Of a DNA stretch of 64,000 nt, positions 60,834 through 64,000 are shown piece after piece. A program made the translations under genes and the position numbers. This stretch comes from Macrostomum lignano (taxonomy: Eukaryota). The notes beneath the pieces were generated by a model, which saw only the letters and a program-made list of their open reading frames with translations, had not been told where the DNA came from and ran no database searches. The DNA lies in assembly GCA_002269645.1 (NCBI GenBank), contig NIVC01000535.1:1-64000 (forward strand), read 5' to 3'. Each line of letters begins with the position of its first letter. The first letter of the stretch is position 1.

Positions 60834-61154
60834 ATGCGCCTCAGCCTCTCTCTGTTCGCCCCAGTTGGCCAGGAGTTGAAGCGCGGCCGCTTGGGCCCGC
60901 ACTATCCTCGGCTGCGCAGAAGCTACCGCATGCTAGCTGGCGTGGCCTTCGTTGGCTGCAGCTGCATAGCCGTATATGTCGGCAGTCTGTTGCGCGCAGA
61001 CGTGGCCGCAGCCACTGACGAGGCGGAAGCCTTGCGAAGACTGGAACGCGACTTTTCTAGGGGTCGGGATCGATCACTAGATGCCGGGCCCTTCAAAACT
61101 CCGCTGCACTTTCGGCTGAGCAATGCGGTTGACGAAGATATTAAGATTCGTTAA
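60834..61154 (+). CDS. single-exon ~106-aa predicted single-pass membrane protein, unknown family
   Basis: GC-rich ORF in AT-rich flanks; basic N-terminus, hydrophobic MLAGVAFVGCSCIAVYVGSLL, charged helical tail; acceptor-like TTTTTCCCAATTCCAG 5 nt before ATG. Confidence 0.6.
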   Translation: MRLSLSLFAPVGQELKRGRLGPHYPRLRRSYRMLAGVAFVGCSCIAVYVGSLLRADVAAATDEAEALRRLERDFSRGRDRSLDAGPFKTPLHFRLSNAVDEDIKIR

Positions 61155-62483
61155 TAAGACTTGAATAATTAATTCGTTCTAATCGTACTTTTTAGCTCGT
61201 ATGTAAAAGTCATTCGCGAAGTAGCTTAATACTAAAGCAGCAACACATGTTGTATATGTAGATAACATTAACTTTGCCACTATTCTATTCAAGTCCATGG
61301 AATGTACATGCTTGCAAAAAATACATATCCTCGTGCACGTTGACTCTAGCTAAAAGTGTATGCATGTCAAATTGGATTTGGATTTGATATCTATACAGTC
61401 TATACATTTATACAGAAACGTCTTTTCTTAGCTATATATTATATTTTGATATCAATTAGTGCTGAGCTGAAGTAATTTCCCTCCTTTCCTAGCCTATAGA
61501 TCATTAGCAACATTGCGTAATAACAAACAAAACGTGTTATCAAAACAGTACTGCAACTTGTCGCAACAGATGTGTTAAAACGGGTTAAAAAAAAGTGGGT
61601 AATTGCGATTAAACCTGGGAAATAAAGTAATTTTTAAAGCATTTAATGATCGATTAGCTTTTTTCATAAAAGTTATTGTTGTCATTCAGCGTTTTGAAAA
61701 TAGTTCCGTCCGCGCGGCCGAGGATAAAAATATTCCTGAATCATTAAGTCTATTAATCCTATATAAAGAACTATAGGTCTAATTCACTTATTCATATAAT
61801 TCATTCAGCTAGCTCTTACCTAACTCCAACTCTGAATAAACATAGCCTAAGTGGCGAGATTTTCGGTGTTAAAATTATATTTTTATAAAAAAAACAAAAT
61901 ACACAATTTTTTAATGCAAAACGATTGAAATAGACGAAAGAATGTTTTATAAAAACAAATAATTATTTTTTTACTTGAAAAAATAGTTCGCTCTGCGTTT
62001 TTTAAAAACACCCAGAAGCATTACTTTGCATATTTTAATTACAACATCTGCATTTCTAGAAATTCCGTCAGTCAGTCGACAGTAAGCTGTTCTGAATTAT
62101 AATGGTTCTTTTTACTTTGTAAAATTATCTACGAGCCTATTATCTGCAGGAATAATTGACTGCGAGCCAACTGCATGCTGTAGAATGGCTTTTTAGCACA
62201 TCCCCAAGCCAATGTTGGCTCGAACAATCGATGACGATGACACGACCGCCGACCGGGTCGACCCCACTCGAGTAATTGTAATTGTAATGCAAATTGTAAT
62301 TTTGAAGTAGATGAAATGTAAATTGTAAGATGTAATTATATTGCTTATAGAAAATTATTGTACAAACGATTGATTATTGTTATCTGGAAGTGTTAGGCAA
62401 TCTTTAAGATATGCATAGGCCTAGGCCTACCATATAATATAAGCAGCTATGCATATTGCATACCCCCATAGGCAGTTGTTATT

Positions 62484-62605
62484 GCAGGCAATTTTCGCTG
62501 CATGCCATTAGCATTGCTTGCAGGCAATTTTCGCTGCATGCCATTAGAATTGCTTACAAGCAATTTTCGCTGCATGCCATTAGAATTGCTTGCAGGCAAT
62601 TTTGA
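62484..62605. repeat. 36-bp tandem repeat, ~3.5 copies
   Basis: GCAGGCAATTTTCGCTGCATGCCATTAGCATTGCTT. Confidence 0.85.
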
Positions 62606-63759
62606 ACTAGCAATTGTGAATTTGATTAAACTGATTTAATTTAACTATAAATTTAATTTTTAAAAATGCAGTTTTTGTCATGCACATCAAACAAGTGACA
62701 AGATTAGCCTAAATGCTTATAAAGATATCATAGGCCCCCAAAGTGATAGAAGGTAAACCCCAAACCCAAAACACTGACTCTGAAACCAAAACCCAACTTG
62801 GACCCTGTACCTAGAACCCAGAACTCCACCTGGACCTAAACCTACCCAACCAACCCTAAACTTTTCCTAAGAGGAGAATATTTTATCTTAGGCTTTTTGT
62901 AATAATCTTTTATAAATGACAATTGAACTTGAAGGGAATTATTCATCCTGAGATACCTCTAGTAGTCTACTTCTTGCTCTCTAGTTCTGACTCCCTAACT
63001 CCTAGGCCTATTCTAGTTATTAGCTTAAGTCTTTATTCCTTTCTTCTCTATAATCTAATCTAACTTCTTAAGATCTTATTCAGTTATTCTTAGCATTGAC
63101 TTTAATATCTACTTAGAAGAGGGGCTATCATTATTTTTACCAACTTGGGTTTAAGTTATCATTGTTAGTGCAACATCTAAATCTACCTTAATGAAGAATT
63201 TAAAAAAATAGGTATAAATAAGCTAATCTTTAATTTTTTAATTAAAAATTTACATCTACTCCAAAAACAAAAAATGACCATTATTTATTATTATAATTAT
63301 TAATAATTATTGCATAGCATAGGTTTAACCAAATGAGGACTATATGTAATAGGCGCAGTTAAGAAGACTTGGCAATTGGCATTGATGAGCAATCCAACTA
63401 TACTAAATGTCTAAGATTTGTCTTCCTCCCATATACTAAAAATAGTTTGTTGGTAGGTAGGTACCTATGTGATAAATTAGAGAAAAAATGGCTTAACCAA
63501 TTTTCATGAGACTTGCATAGTTGCACCAGTTGTTCAATTAGAAATTTTCTGGTGATAGTACATGTGTCTTGACTAAGAAATTGCTTGATGCTAAAGGGAT
63601 TAAATACTCAAAAACATGCTTTTTAGCAAAAGTCAAGCAAACTTTTTGACTTGAAATGCTTTGTAAGAATGCTAGAAAAAACTGACTGGTTGAATTTTGA
63701 TTCTAAATTAAAATTTTAATGTCAAGAAAAGTAAAATACTTTTTAAAAAGAAGTGTCAT

Positions 63760-64000
63760 GTAAAAATCATAGAAACATCAGGTAAACAATCATAGAAGTG
63801 TCATAAAAAATCATAGAAGCATCATGTAAAAAATCATAGAAGCGTCATGTAAAAAAATCATAGAAGTGTCATGTAAACAATCATAGAAATATCATGTAAA
63901 CAATCATAGAAGCGTCATAAAAATTATAGAAGTGTTTTGCCGAAAGTCATAGAAGTGTCATGTGAAGAATCATTGAAGTGTCATATAAACAATCATAGAA
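63760..64000. repeat. ~23-bp degenerate tandem repeat running off the window
   Basis: AATCATAGAAGTGTCATGTAAAC-type units. Confidence 0.85.

Overview
Eukaryotic (animal) genomic window with GC-rich, poly-Ala/Gln/Ser exons separated by introns and intergenic spacers that are largely filled by tandem repeats; this architecture and the RTE-like repeat family suggest a macrostomid flatworm such as Macrostomum lignano (inference, not verified by search). Hand-spliced gene models with consistent GT-AG phases: cyclin Y (minus, one apparent frameshift), USP8 (minus, 9 exons, ~1045 aa), an SLC5 sodium:solute symporter (plus, 12 coding exons, ~595 aa), Rab33 (plus, first coding exon not found), a probable Zwilch (plus, 5 exons, ~757 aa) and two small unidentified membrane-protein ORFs. 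Mobile elements: a 5'-truncated RT-RNaseH LINE flanked by a ~170-bp direct repeat, a tandem-PHD/APE/RT LINE fragment inside an SLC5 intron, RTE-like LINE fragments, a truncated Ty3/Gypsy element and a tRNA-derived SINE family (3 copies). About 30 distinct tandem-repeat arrays occur; most long ORFs in the supplied track are read-throughs of these. Top leads: the exceptionally long apparent target-site duplication that copies a putative promoter/first exon, and two independent 18-bp satellite expansions seeded on the Pol III A-box of a SINE head. No CRISPR, rRNA or genuine tRNA genes are supported.
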